In this document: positions 9,801 to 18,925 of the stretch, one piece after another
Position numbering within the stretch: position 1 is the first letter of the stretch
Layout: every line of letters starts with the position of its first letter
Source of the DNA: an uncultured Chloroflexia bacterium
GTDB taxonomy: Bacteria > Chloroflexota > UBA6077 > JACCZL01
Direction of reading: 5' to 3'
Length of the DNA: 64,000 bases
Assembly: GCA_963765765.1 (NCBI GenBank)
Contig: CAVXYC010000015.1
Location: forward strand, 544,001 to 608,000
Notes under the pieces: generated by a model
Told to the model about the DNA's origin: nothing
What the model saw: only the letters and a program-made list of their open reading frames with translations
Database searches by the model: none
Translations under genes and position numbers: made by a program

Positions 9801-12744
9801 GGAGCAAGTCCTGGCCGTCGTCAGCGATCGGACAGGCTACCCAGCGGACATGCTGGGGCTCGATGTCGACATGGAAGCCGATCTAGGGATCGACTCCATC
9901 AAGCGGGTTGAGATTGCGGGGACCGTTGTGCGGCTCCTGGCACTTACCATGGACGACTCTACCGATCTCGAGCGGTTGACGACCAGCCGCACCCTCCGGC
10001 AGGTCGTTGAAAATCTGGAGGCGCTGCTCGCGCCCGGCTCGAGAGTGGAAAGCTCTGAGCCGCTGGCATCGCCATCTCCGGGCGCGCCCGAGCGAACCGC
10101 TCCGCACGCGGAGTCTCTGCCGACCGGGCCGGCCATTGGCCGGTTCATCGTGCGGTCCGTCCCAGCTCCGCCGATCGTTGCTAGCGCCGACCTGGCTCGG
10201 GCCGGCGTCGTACTTATCGTGGACGACGGGACCGGCGTGGGGGCGAAGCTGGCGGAGCTCCTGGATTCGCGAGGCCACCGCACTGTGCGGGTTGTTCAGA
10301 CGGCCCAGGCGACCCTTGGCAGCGCGAGCACGCTGGCGATGGACGTGTCGCGACCCGACGAGATTGCACTCCTGGCCGACCGACTTCACGATCGTTTCGG
10401 ACCGGCGACCGCGCTGATCCATCTGGCGGCGCTGCGACCCGGTGCAGTTGAGGTGGGGCTGAGTCCAGAGTGCTGGCGGGACCGCCTGGATGGCGAGCTA
10501 AGGTCTCTCTTCCTACTGGCCCAAGCATTCCAGGACGATCTTGAACGTGCGGCACAAGCTGGCGGAGCCACCGTGCTGGCAGCGACGGCCATGGGCGGCA
10601 CGTTCGCTACCGATCACGCCGGCGGGGCGTTTTTCCCAGGTCAGGGGAGTATCGCCGGCTTGCTGAAAACGCTTGACCAGGAGTGGCCAGGCGTCCGAGT
10701 GAAGGCCGTCGATCTCTCGCCGGTCTCGCCGGACACAGTTGCCAACTGGCTACTGGCCGAGCTGATGGCGGCCGACGGAATTGTGGAAGTTGGCTATCGA
10801 GATGGGCAGCGGCAGCTACTCGAGTTGGTCTCTTCACCTCCGGAGGTCACGGTCGCCGACCCGCCGCTCGACAGCAACTCGGTTCTGCTTGTGACCGGTG
10901 GCGCCCGAGGAATCACGGCGGAATCTGCGCTGCGGTTGGCCGAGCGTTACCGTCCGACGCTCTTGCTTGTCGGTCGCACGCCTCTGCCGCCCGACGTGGA
11001 GGACCCGCTCACATTCAACCTATCCGAGCCGCTGGAGCTCAAACGGGCCATCATGGAACAGCGAAAGCAGGCCGGCCAGCCAGTCACGCCGGCGGCAGTT
11101 GAGGAAGCCTATCGGCTGCTCCTCCGCGAGCGCGAGGTGCGCGAGAACCTTGCGCGGCTGCGGCAAAGCGGAGCGCGGATCCAATATTTCCCGTGCGATG
11201 TGCGTGACGCGGGCGCATTCAGGACGCTGGTTAACGGGATCTACCAGACCCACGGCCGAATCGACGGCGTGCTCCATGGCGCCGGCGTGATCGAGGACAA
11301 GCTTATCCGCGACAAGAGGCTCGACTCGTTCGAGCGCGTTGTGCAGACCAAGGTAGACAGCGCGCTTGTCCTGGCCGAGGCGCTGCGCCCCGAGTCGCTC
11401 CGTTTCTTGGTCTTCTATAGCTCGGTCTCGGGTCGATTCGGCAACCGCGGCCAGGCGGACTACGCGGCGGCCAGCGAAGTGCTGAACAAACTCGCCCAGG
11501 ACCTCGATCGACGCTGGCCGGGTCGCGTCGTTTCGATCAACTGGGGGCCGTGGCTAAAGACCGGGATGGTCTCACCAGAGGTCCAGCGCCAGTTTGCTGA
11601 ACGGGGCGTGGCTCTGATCCCAATCGAGCTGGGCTGTCAGAAACTGGATGAGGAGCTGTGCTTCGGTCGCAAGGGCGAGGTTGAAGTATTGATCGGCGGC
11701 TCCACTGCCCTGACCGATCGTGCCAATGTCCTCGTCTCACAGGCGGCTGTGACCGCCCCGGAACCTGCGAGATCGAACGGGAGTGCGGCACAGGCATCCA
11801 TGCCCGTCCTGCCGCTACTGATCTCGAAGAGCGCGCTAATGCCGGGCACCGACGAGGGAGTCGAGATCCAGCGCACGCTGGACATCGAGCATGATCTCTA
11901 CCTCGACCATCACCGTCTCGATGGTCGACCGGTTTTGCCGTTCGCGATGGCCATGGAATTAATGGCCGAAGTGGCCACGGCTGGCTGGCCGGACCTCGAG
12001 GTGTTGGCCGTCCGGCAACTCCGGCTTTTGCGTGGTATCACCTTAGATGGGTCGGAGCAGACGATTCGGACAGTGGCCCGGCCCCTGGCGGACTCGCCGT
12101 TTACGACGAATGGCTCCCGCCAGAGCAAGGTTCTCGATCTAGCCATCACTTCCCAGACTGACCCCTCGCAAGTCCACTACCGGGCGCAACTAGAACTCGG
12201 TCCCATGATGGACGGGGACGGTTCCGCCTGGATCCCAACCTCCAATGGACCGACTGCGGCTCTGGGTGACGCCCGGCCGATGTCCATGAACCTAGAGGAG
12301 ATATATGGGGAATGGCTCTTCCATGGTCCGCTCTTCCAGGGCATCGAATCAATTGATGCGATCGGTCCAGCCGGAGCGATCGCCACACTGCGCCCATCCT
12401 CTCCTCGCGACTGCCTCGCCGGCAGTCCTTCGGGCGAGTGGCTCATCGATCCTGTCGTGATTGACAGCGGTCTACAGATGCTGGTCATCTGGGCACGCCT
12501 GCACTGGGACGTGACCTTGTTGCCGTCAGCATTCGAGAGCTATCGCCGATTCGGGCCGCTGGTCGACGCCTCAGGGCAGGGAATTCGCTACGAGCTGCGC
12601 ATCCGTCCGGAGAGCCAGTCCCCCATTTGCCACGCCGACCTTTATTTCTACACCCACGATGGTCACCTGTTGGGCGTCCTGACCGACATGCAGGGTACCG
12701 GGAGCAAGGCGCTAAACAGGCTTGCCGGCGCGAGCCGGCGGTGA
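3841..12744 (+). CDS. Iterative type I PKS (PfaA/HglE-like): ER-like x2, KS, AT, ACP x2, KR, DH
   Basis: 3001-aa ORF from 3739 (ATG 3841 follows AAGGA). Motifs: KGHEAGGW and EGRECGGH (FabK/NPD barrels), DAACASS/EAHGTGT/GHTKA (KS), FPGQGSQ/GHSYG/AFHS (AT), LGIDSIKRVEI x2 (ACP), TGGARGI/YAAAS (KR), HRLDGRPVLP/DSGLQ (DH). Confidence 0.95.
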   Translation: MSNNPTPDFEFIVLTPAGTPNPALAIAGSRAGALGILNLEFTGDSEASLSALTELAKHARGRFGVLLDAESEGLLQLVLEQAPPGLEVVALTASAPERLAGLVEAIHANGRRTYVVITNLDEARAGQNAGADALIAKGHEAGGWVGEETSFVLLQRLLQHVSLPVLVQGGVGLHTTPACFVGGAAGVVVDNQLLLTRETPLADDVKTRIAAMDGGETVRFGASFGAGFRAYARPGLPGVDELRQLETALLLENPSESDARRAWRSEVRRRVDWRSAEADVLAVGQDATFASGLARRFVTVSGILDGLREAIQEHCRDAQRLHPLAEDAPLAQSHGTRYPIVQGPMTRVSDRAEFAEAVAEGGALPFLALALMRGPEVKTLLEETKQRLGARPWGVGILGFVPQELRTEQLAVIRECQPPFALIAGGRPDQAQALERDGISSYLHVPSPGLLEMFLQDGARRFVFEGRECGGHVGPRTSFVLWETMVDVLLANLHTGANAAEYHVLFAGGVHDGRSSAMVATLAAPLVERGVRVGVLMGTAYLFTEEAVRAGAIHPGFQQVAVETEQTALVESGPGHATRCAPSPFVEDFEQEKRRLLQGGLPAEELRNRLEELNIGRLRVAAKGVDRDPNPDGEPGARKLIEIGEEEQWSRGMYMIGQVAALRDRVCTLAELHREVSDGGAERLGTAWQTELVAASPTPAPAAVAIVGMSAIVPGAPDLQTFWTNIFNKVDAITEVPEERWDWHQYFDEDRTARDKIYSRWGGFIDPVPFDPLEFGMPPNSLTSIEPFQLLALAVAREALKDAGYLDRPFPRERTSVMFGAGGGGGDLTGGYVTRSMLPTLFGESAAELTESLNGVLPEWTEDSFAGILMNVAAGRVANRLDLGGVNFTVDAACASSLAAVYHAVRDLEARTSDVVIVGGVDAIQNPFAFLCFSKTHALSPNGRSRPFDAEGDGIAISEGFAALVLKRLEDAERDGDRIYAVIRGVGGSSDGRDRSLTAPRPDGQTRALRRAYAQAGFSPSTVGLIEAHGTGTVAGDQAELQALTTFFSELGAPTQGCAVGSVKSMIGHTKATAGVAGLIKSALALHHRVLPPTLGVAQPNPKANFPSSPFYVNSETRPWVQAAGSDPRRAGVSAFGFGGTNFHVALEEYTGDYLPKERATLDSWSAELLVWRGHSPVEILTAVDSLLSDLEQGAEPRLADLAYSLSLSSSSLEAGQPTLAIVATSLADLADKLRAARDLLQSGAERGHMPQGLHYAESPLARDGEIAFLFPGQGSQYVNMARDIAAVFPEARASFDEADSVLSELLERPLSRWICPPPAFTPEEEQRQRAELTETNIAQPALGATDIAFYRLLLALGVEPGMVAGHSYGEFVALCAAGCFDEETLLTLSEARGRFIRESATDDSGTMAAVDAAPDALQELLADPELTLANLNAPRQTVVAGTRTAVERAIAWCAERGLRAQQLPVACAFHSPLVAPAQQRLAQLLRQTSIRRPRIPVFSNTTAAIYPDEESAIGELLAEHLVRPVDFVREIEAMYEAGARIFVEVGPRSVLTGLVDRILGDRPHVCVPLDQPGRPGLVQLLHGLATLVAEGVPLQAERLYRGRTVRRLDLAALRRETRQPQYSSTTWLVDGGRAWPTHGESHQKQRATVPLQMKAADGPTTVAKSSIDATTLASAEREGAHGNGTGNGQHSVSQLQTAAAYNGQTQVNGASSYPTVLGHTPAAVVSQPPAPAKTLETGPAVISSSPLAIINDSTPEVMRQFQQVMQRFLQTQQSVMLAYLGAPEHGVQAPTSESGASTNIQVTSATRQPITVQTPISLGAAIETNGMDTSSALVTGPPVAADAPARLANEVPVDEQGKEPAVSAPIANPASSWGREQITEQVLAVVSDRTGYPADMLGLDVDMEADLGIDSIKRVEIAGTVVRLLALTMDDSTDLERLTTSRTLRQVVENLEALLAPGSRVEQGKEPAVSAPIANPASSWGREQITEQVLAVVSDRTGYPADMLGLDVDMEADLGIDSIKRVEIAGTVVRLLALTMDDSTDLERLTTSRTLRQVVENLEALLAPGSRVESSEPLASPSPGAPERTAPHAESLPTGPAIGRFIVRSVPAPPIVASADLARAGVVLIVDDGTGVGAKLAELLDSRGHRTVRVVQTAQATLGSASTLAMDVSRPDEIALLADRLHDRFGPATALIHLAALRPGAVEVGLSPECWRDRLDGELRSLFLLAQAFQDDLERAAQAGGATVLAATAMGGTFATDHAGGAFFPGQGSIAGLLKTLDQEWPGVRVKAVDLSPVSPDTVANWLLAELMAADGIVEVGYRDGQRQLLELVSSPPEVTVADPPLDSNSVLLVTGGARGITAESALRLAERYRPTLLLVGRTPLPPDVEDPLTFNLSEPLELKRAIMEQRKQAGQPVTPAAVEEAYRLLLREREVRENLARLRQSGARIQYFPCDVRDAGAFRTLVNGIYQTHGRIDGVLHGAGVIEDKLIRDKRLDSFERVVQTKVDSALVLAEALRPESLRFLVFYSSVSGRFGNRGQADYAAASEVLNKLAQDLDRRWPGRVVSINWGPWLKTGMVSPEVQRQFAERGVALIPIELGCQKLDEELCFGRKGEVEVLIGGSTALTDRANVLVSQAAVTAPEPARSNGSAAQASMPVLPLLISKSALMPGTDEGVEIQRTLDIEHDLYLDHHRLDGRPVLPFAMAMELMAEVATAGWPDLEVLAVRQLRLLRGITLDGSEQTIRTVARPLADSPFTTNGSRQSKVLDLAITSQTDPSQVHYRAQLELGPMMDGDGSAWIPTSNGPTAALGDARPMSMNLEEIYGEWLFHGPLFQGIESIDAIGPAGAIATLRPSSPRDCLAGSPSGEWLIDPVVIDSGLQMLVIWARLHWDVTLLPSAFESYRRFGPLVDASGQGIRYELRIRPESQSPICHADLYFYTHDGHLLGVLTDMQGTGSKALNRLAGASRR
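9406..10050 (+). repeat. Perfect tandem duplication of a 321-bp unit (107 aa: linker plus ACP)
   Basis: 9406-9726 and 9727-10047 read identical, plus a shared GAA at the junction. Confidence 0.95.
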
Positions 12745-12856
12745 GGCCGCGACTCCCGCGTTTCATCCGGACGAAATGGTCAGTCCGCAGCGTCAGCATT
12801 GATCACGGAAGGACCATGAGCTCATCACATCCAATAAATAGGAACGAGAAAACTGG

Positions 12857-15800
12857 ATGACAATGGACCAGGCTCAGCGCGCAGGTTCGCGGGACGGGAT
12901 CGCCGTAATCGGAATGGCTTGCCTCTTCCCCGGCGCCCCGAATCTGGACGCGTACTGGCGGAACATTCTCGGCAAGGTCGATGCAGTTAGCGACCCGCCT
13001 CCGGAGGCCTGGGACACCGACATCTACTATGCTCCGGACTCGTCGGACACCGATCGAGTGTACTGCAAGCGCGGCGGCTACCTCGGCTCGCTCGTCTCGT
13101 TCGACCCTTTGGAGCACAACATCCCCCCGATTGCCGTGGGTGGCGAGCCCGACCAATGGCTCGCGCTGCAGCTTGCCCGTGACGCGATGGCCGACGCCGG
13201 TTATGCCGAGCTGGAAGAGCGTGTCCGCCAGCGAACGGCCGTGGTGCTCGGCAAGGGCACGTATCTCAATGGTGGCAATGCCATCGCCGTCGAGCGTGGT
13301 CTCGTCGTCGGTCAGACAATTGAGCTCCTGAAGCGGCTGCACCCGGAGTACACAGCGGAGCAGCTTGAGCTGCTCCGCCAAGAGATGAAGAAGGCACTGC
13401 CGCCGATGGGACCGGAAATTGTCCCCGGACTCATCCCGAACATCAGCGTCGGGCGTATCGCCAATCGCCTGGATCTCATGGGGCCCACGTACACCGTCGA
13501 TGCGGCCTGCGCCTCGTCGCTGGTCGCCATCCAGCTCGCCATGCGGGACCTGCGTGACGGCGAGTGTGATCTGGCCCTGGTCGGTGGCGCCCAGGTCTGG
13601 GTTCCGGTGCCTACGCTCAACGTCTTCTGTCAGCTCGGCGCGCTCTCCCGCCAGCAGCAGATCCGGCCCTTCGATGCGCGGGCCGACGGAACCCTCCTGG
13701 GCGAGGGCATCGGGATGGTTGTGTTGAAGCGGCTTGCCGACGCCGAGCGGGACGACGACCGCATCTACGCCGTCATCAGGGGTGTCGGGGTCGCCAGCGA
13801 CGGGCGCGGCGTGAGCGTGATGGCGCCACGCGTAGAGGGAGAGGAGCTGGCAATTCGACGAGCCTACGAGGCGGCCGGACTATCGCCAGACACCATTGGC
13901 TTGATCGAGGCCCATGGAACCGGCACGCCCGTCGGCGATGTTGTAGAGATCGAGGCGCTGACCCGGACCTTCGGCCAGCGCACCGGCGAACTGCCTCGGT
14001 GTGCACTGGGGTCGGTTAAGTCGATGATCAGCCACACCATGCCCGGCTGCCGGGATCGCCGCTCTCATCAAGACTAGCCTCGCGCTACATCACAAGATAC
14101 TGCCGCCCACCATCAACTGCGAAGAGCCGAATCCGAAGCTCGAGCTGGAGAAAACGCCCTTCTACCTGAACACCGAAACCCGGCCCTGGATCCACGGCGG
14201 GGCGGAACCCCGGCGGGCGGGCGTGAATGCTTTTGGCTTCGGCGGGATCAATGCCCACATGATCGTTGAGGAGCATGGCGGAACCCCGCAGTCTGCGAGG
14301 CCAGGGCAGCATGATGATGGCGTCGAGTCAAGCTCGCCACCGCTCGTCAGTCATGCGCCCGCCTGGGAGAGCGAGGTCTGCATCCTGGAAGCCGATTCCC
14401 CGGCTGAGCTGCTGCAACGGTCTATTCAGCTCGCGAGCTTCGTGGAGTCAGTCGTAGCGCGTGACGAGGTCGGGTTCAGCCTCGAAGACCTGGCCTTTAG
14501 CCTGAGTTGCGACTTCGGGCGTTCTCCGACGCCCTTCCGCCTCGCCATAGTGGCCACCTCGCTCGACGACCTCAAGCAGAAGCTTGCCCGGGCGACCGAG
14601 CGACTCGCCCAGCCCTCCTGCCGCCAGATCAAGGACGTTTCGGGCATTTACTATGCATCGGAACCGCTCGGCCGGAAGGGCAAGCTTGCGTTCATGTTCC
14701 CCGGGGAGGGTGCTCAGTACCCGAACATGCTGGCGGATCTCTGCCTGCACTTTCCTGAGGTCAGGGCCTGCTTCGATCGTACGGATCGGCTTCTGCGAGG
14801 CCACTCGCGAGGTTACCTCCCAAGCGACTATATCTTCGCGCGGCCGTCAGGCTCCGCGGACGAAAAAGCCTGGGCGGAAGAACGCCTTTCGGAGATTGAT
14901 GGTGCCGTCGAAGCGGTGCTGACCGCCAACTCAGCCATGCACGCACTCATGAAACGGCTAGGGCTGCAACCCGATGTGATCGTCGGACACAGCACCGGCG
15001 ATTATTCGGCGCTGAAGGCTGCGGGCGCGCTCGAGCTCGAAACCGACGAGCAGCTTACGAACTTCAGCCTGAAGATGAACCATCACTATGAGCAGGAGGC
15101 CTCTCGAAACGGGGTGCCACGCGCGGTGCTCCTGGCCGTGGGGGCCGCGCGCGAGCAGGTCGAAGCCATCGCCCGAGAAGCCGGTGGCCAAGTCTACGTG
15201 GCCATGGACAACTGCCCCCACCAGACGGTGCTGGTCGGCGAGCGCGAAGCGGTGGACCGGGCGCTCGAAATCGCGCGCCGCGAGGGCTTGATCTACGAAT
15301 ACCTGACCTTCGATCGAGCCTACCACACGCCGCTGTTCGCGCCGTATACGGACCACCTGCGTCAGATCTATGGTGAGGTGTCAATCCGGCAGCCACAATC
15401 ACCGGTCTTCTCGTGCACGAGCGCAGCCGCCTATCCGGATGCTCCGGAGGCGATCCGAGCACTGATGGTCGACCACTGGGTCGGTCCGGTCGAGTTTCGC
15501 CGGACCGTCGAGACCCTATTCGATGAAGGCGTACGACTCTTCGTCGAGGTCGGCCCGCGCGGGAACCTGAGTTCGTTCGTCGAGGACACGCTGCGGGGCC
15601 GACCCTTCTGTGCGATACCGGCCGACGTCCAACGTCGTTCCGGCATCACCCAACTCAATCACCTTGTCGGCATGCTGGCCGCCCAGGGAATAAGCCCCGA
15701 GCTGTCATGCCTGTACGAACGGCGCCATCCGCGGCGCGTGGCCTGGGAGGAGGGTGCGCGCACCCCCGCGACTCAAAAGGCCGGTCCGAAGCTCAGCCTT

Positions 15801-18577
15801 GCCAGTGGCTGGCCTATGCTGCGACTTTCAGACGAAGTGGCCCGCAAGGTCCGGGAGAGTGCCGCACTACCCAGCGTATCAGCTAATCGGCTTGCGCCAA
15901 CTGCTTCATTTGCTGAAGCCGCCAGCCGGACGCCGGAAATTGGTGGCCCGGCCGAGCCGACCGGTTCTGCGCCCGCAAATCCCGGTTTCTCGCCAGTCGC
16001 GGGCACTCGCGAGTGCCCGCGACTGGCGAGAAACCGTCCGTGGCCCCGCAGCCGCTGCAACCTGTCCTGGCTGACGGCGTTCAGCGCTCGGCGGCCGCCG
16101 GACCGATGCAGGATTACTTGCAGGTCATGGAGGAATTCCTGGTAACTCAGGAGCAGATCATGGGCGCCTTCCTCGGCTCCCGCACTGGGCAGGCGCAGAA
16201 CTCGCTGGGGACCTTCACCGGGCAACCAGCGATCGACACGGCAAGTGAGATCCGCACAACTTCACTCGCGACGGCCAACGACTCCGCAGACCGCGCCCGC
16301 GGCAACGGCTAAGGCCGAGGATACAGTAGCGCTGCAGCGAGGTTTGCCTGGCACGTCGCCAGAGTCCGCGACCCCGGCTCCGGAACCGATTCCGAGCGGG
16401 TGACGGAACAGCAGCAGATGAACCGGTGGATGAGGCTGACCCGCGAGCTCGTGTCGCGGCGCGGCTGCTGGGTCTGGTCAGCGAGCGGACCGGCTACCCG
16501 ATCGAAATGCTGGATATGCATCTCGATCTGGAAGCCGACCTGGGTATCGACTCGATCAAGCGGGTGGAGATCCTGGGCAGCTATCGGCAGCAGTTTGGAG
16601 AGATTGGAGATTCGGATCTCGAGCGGCTGACAACCCAGCGTACGCTCCAGCAGATTGTGGACACGTTGGCGTCGCCGGCACCGGCCGACGCCACTCCATG
16701 GGCTGCTCCGCCGGTTCGGGCCGAAGCTGCCCTCCTTGCCGAACCGTATGCGTCAGACGAAGCCGGCGCCCCGGGCGAAGCTGGGGTGTCGGACGAATTG
16801 CCATACCCATTACTGGGAAGCGTCGTCTCTCACGAGCCCGGGCAGCAGCTCGTGACCCGACGCAGGTTCGATCTGGCTGAGGACCTCTACCTGCGTGATC
16901 ATACGCTGGGCCACGCCGTCTCGGACTTTGACCCAGAGCTCCAGGCGTTAGCGGTAATGCCGTTGGCAATGAGCCTGGAGATCCTGGCCGAAGCGGCGGC
17001 CGCACTGCTCCCGGGCCGCACCGTCGTGGCCCTGCGCGACGTGCGAGCCAATCGCTGGCTCGCCTGGGACGATCGCCCCCAGACGCTCCAGGTGACGGCC
17101 CGCCGGCTGCCGATCGGGGAGCAGGTCGCCGTCCAGATCCGCAACCTGACCGAGGACGAGCGCAGCGATCATCCGTCGACGAGCCCAGCCGTCGAGGCCG
17201 TCGTGCACCTGGCGGAGAACTTCCCGGAGTCGCCGCCGGCCCAAGCCATTGTCCTTGCCGGATGCGCGAGTGTCTCGCTGGGCTGCTGACCGCCTCTATA
17301 CCGACGCCATGTTCCACGGTCCTGCCTGGCGGGGCGTCAACGCCGTCGAACAGACAGGCGCCACAGGCACGGTGGCCAGGCTACGGGTACTGCCCTTCGA
17401 CAGGTTCTTGCGCGGTTCCGCCCCGCGCTTCGTGCTGGACCCTGTCATGCTCGACGCCGCGGGCCAGGTGATCGGTTTCTGGACCATGGAACACCTGGAC
17501 AGCGGGAAGGTGATCTTTCCATATCATGTCGACGCGATCGAGCTGTATGGAGCCCATCGCGCGAGCGGCGACATGCTCACCTGCACCGCCAGCATCCAAC
17601 TCGTCGGCGAACAGCAGGTCCGGTCCGATATCGATGTCATCGGCTCCGGTGGCCGGGTGTGGATGCGGCTCCTGGGATGGGAGGATAAGCGCTTCGATCT
17701 GCCTGAGCGGTTTTACCCGCTGATACTGTCCCCTCGCCAGACCGAGATCTCGAGCGTCTGGGCCGAGCCGGCCGCGCAGTTCCCTCAACCGCGGCGCTTT
17801 GCGTGCCGAGCTGTGCCGCCGCTGTTCCGAACGGATCGGGCCTTCTGGAAGAGCGTCTGGGCGCAATGCATCCTCGGTCGTTCGGAGCGTGAGCAGTTCC
17901 GGGCACTGCGCACACCGGAGCACCGACAACTGGAATGGTTAGCGGCCCGCCACGCCGCCAAGGAAGCCGTCCGGCACCTCCTTCGGGCAGCCGATGGTCC
18001 AGACCTACCACTCGCGGACATCGAAATCCGCTCCGATGACCAGGGCCGCCCGCTGGTGGACGGAGCCTGGCGGCACTTGGTAGCTGGCCTGCCTGTCATA
18101 TCGCTGGCCCACACCGACGGCTGGGGCGTGGCGCTGGCCGGTCTCGTGCCCGGGGAGGAGACCGGTGTCTCCGGTACCGCGCGGATCGGCATTGACATCG
18201 AGCGACTTCGCAGCCTACCCGATGGCTTCGAAGATATCAGCTTCACCGCTGAGGAGCAGCAACTCCTCTGTGGCCTACCCGACGACAAATATGGGGAATG
18301 GGTCTTCCGTTGCTGGTGCGCCAAAGAAGCGGTTGGTAAAGCTCTGGGGCGCGGCCTGATCGAGGGACCACGATCCGTTAGCATTGCGTCGGTCGATGCC
18401 GACCGCGAAATCGTCATCGTGCATCTGACCGGTGAGCTCGCTGCATCGCACCCCGAGCTTGCGGCGGTTGGGCTTATGGCGCATACCAGCCGTCACGACG
18501 ATTTGATTGTGGCGGCGACACTCTGCGAGCCAATCAACGCGGTCGTGGCGAGCAGCGCCTCTGGACTAACAACGTAG
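12857..18577 (+). CDS. Type I PKS: KS-AT-ACP-DH with fused C-terminal Sfp-type PPTase (frameshifted into several ORFs)
   Basis: ORFs 12857-14077, 14223-16145, 16013-16312, 16426-17289 and 17249-18577 join collinearly: DAACASS/EAHGTGT/SHTMP, FPGEGAQ/GHSTG/AYHT, LGIDSIKRVEIL, YLRDH..P/DAAGQ, AAKEA/ISLAHT/GIDIE/WCAKEAVGKA. Confidence 0.88.
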
Positions 18578-18592
18578 GATGGGGAGCCTTTC

Positions 18593-18925
18593 TTGAGCCC
18601 AGAACGGGAAACTTTACAAACCATGGAGGGCGATTCGCAGGTCCTCACCGATGTCCTTGAACTGATGAGCGAATTGGCTGGGGATTGGGAGTACAGCGAC
18701 ACGATTACACCCGGGACGTATCTGCTCGGTGATCTGGGACTCGAATCTCTCGATTTGGTTGTCATCGGAACTGAGATCCAGCAGAGATACGGTCGGTTGC
18801 CCTTCGTCGAGTACCTGGCAGAGATTGGGCAACGACCGGTCCAGCAGCGAGATGTATCGGTTTCCGAGCTGGTCGCCTTCGTTTGCCGGCACCGGGGTCG
18901 ACGCGACAACGGAGGCGGGGAGTGA
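18593..18925 (+). CDS. Stand-alone acyl carrier protein
   Basis: Small acidic protein with DLGLESLDLV Ppant-site motif; GGGGAG before TTG start. Confidence 0.85.
   Translation: MSPERETLQTMEGDSQVLTDVLELMSELAGDWEYSDTITPGTYLLGDLGLESLDLVVIGTEIQQRYGRLPFVEYLAEIGQRPVQQRDVSVSELVAFVCRHRGRRDNGGGE

Noticed and set aside
3841-18577. Enediyne PksE or canonical pfa PUFA cluster
   Set aside because: No tandem KS-CLF or FabA-type DH pair as in PfaC; PPTase and KR are on different proteins; no TE/E3-E5 cassette recognised
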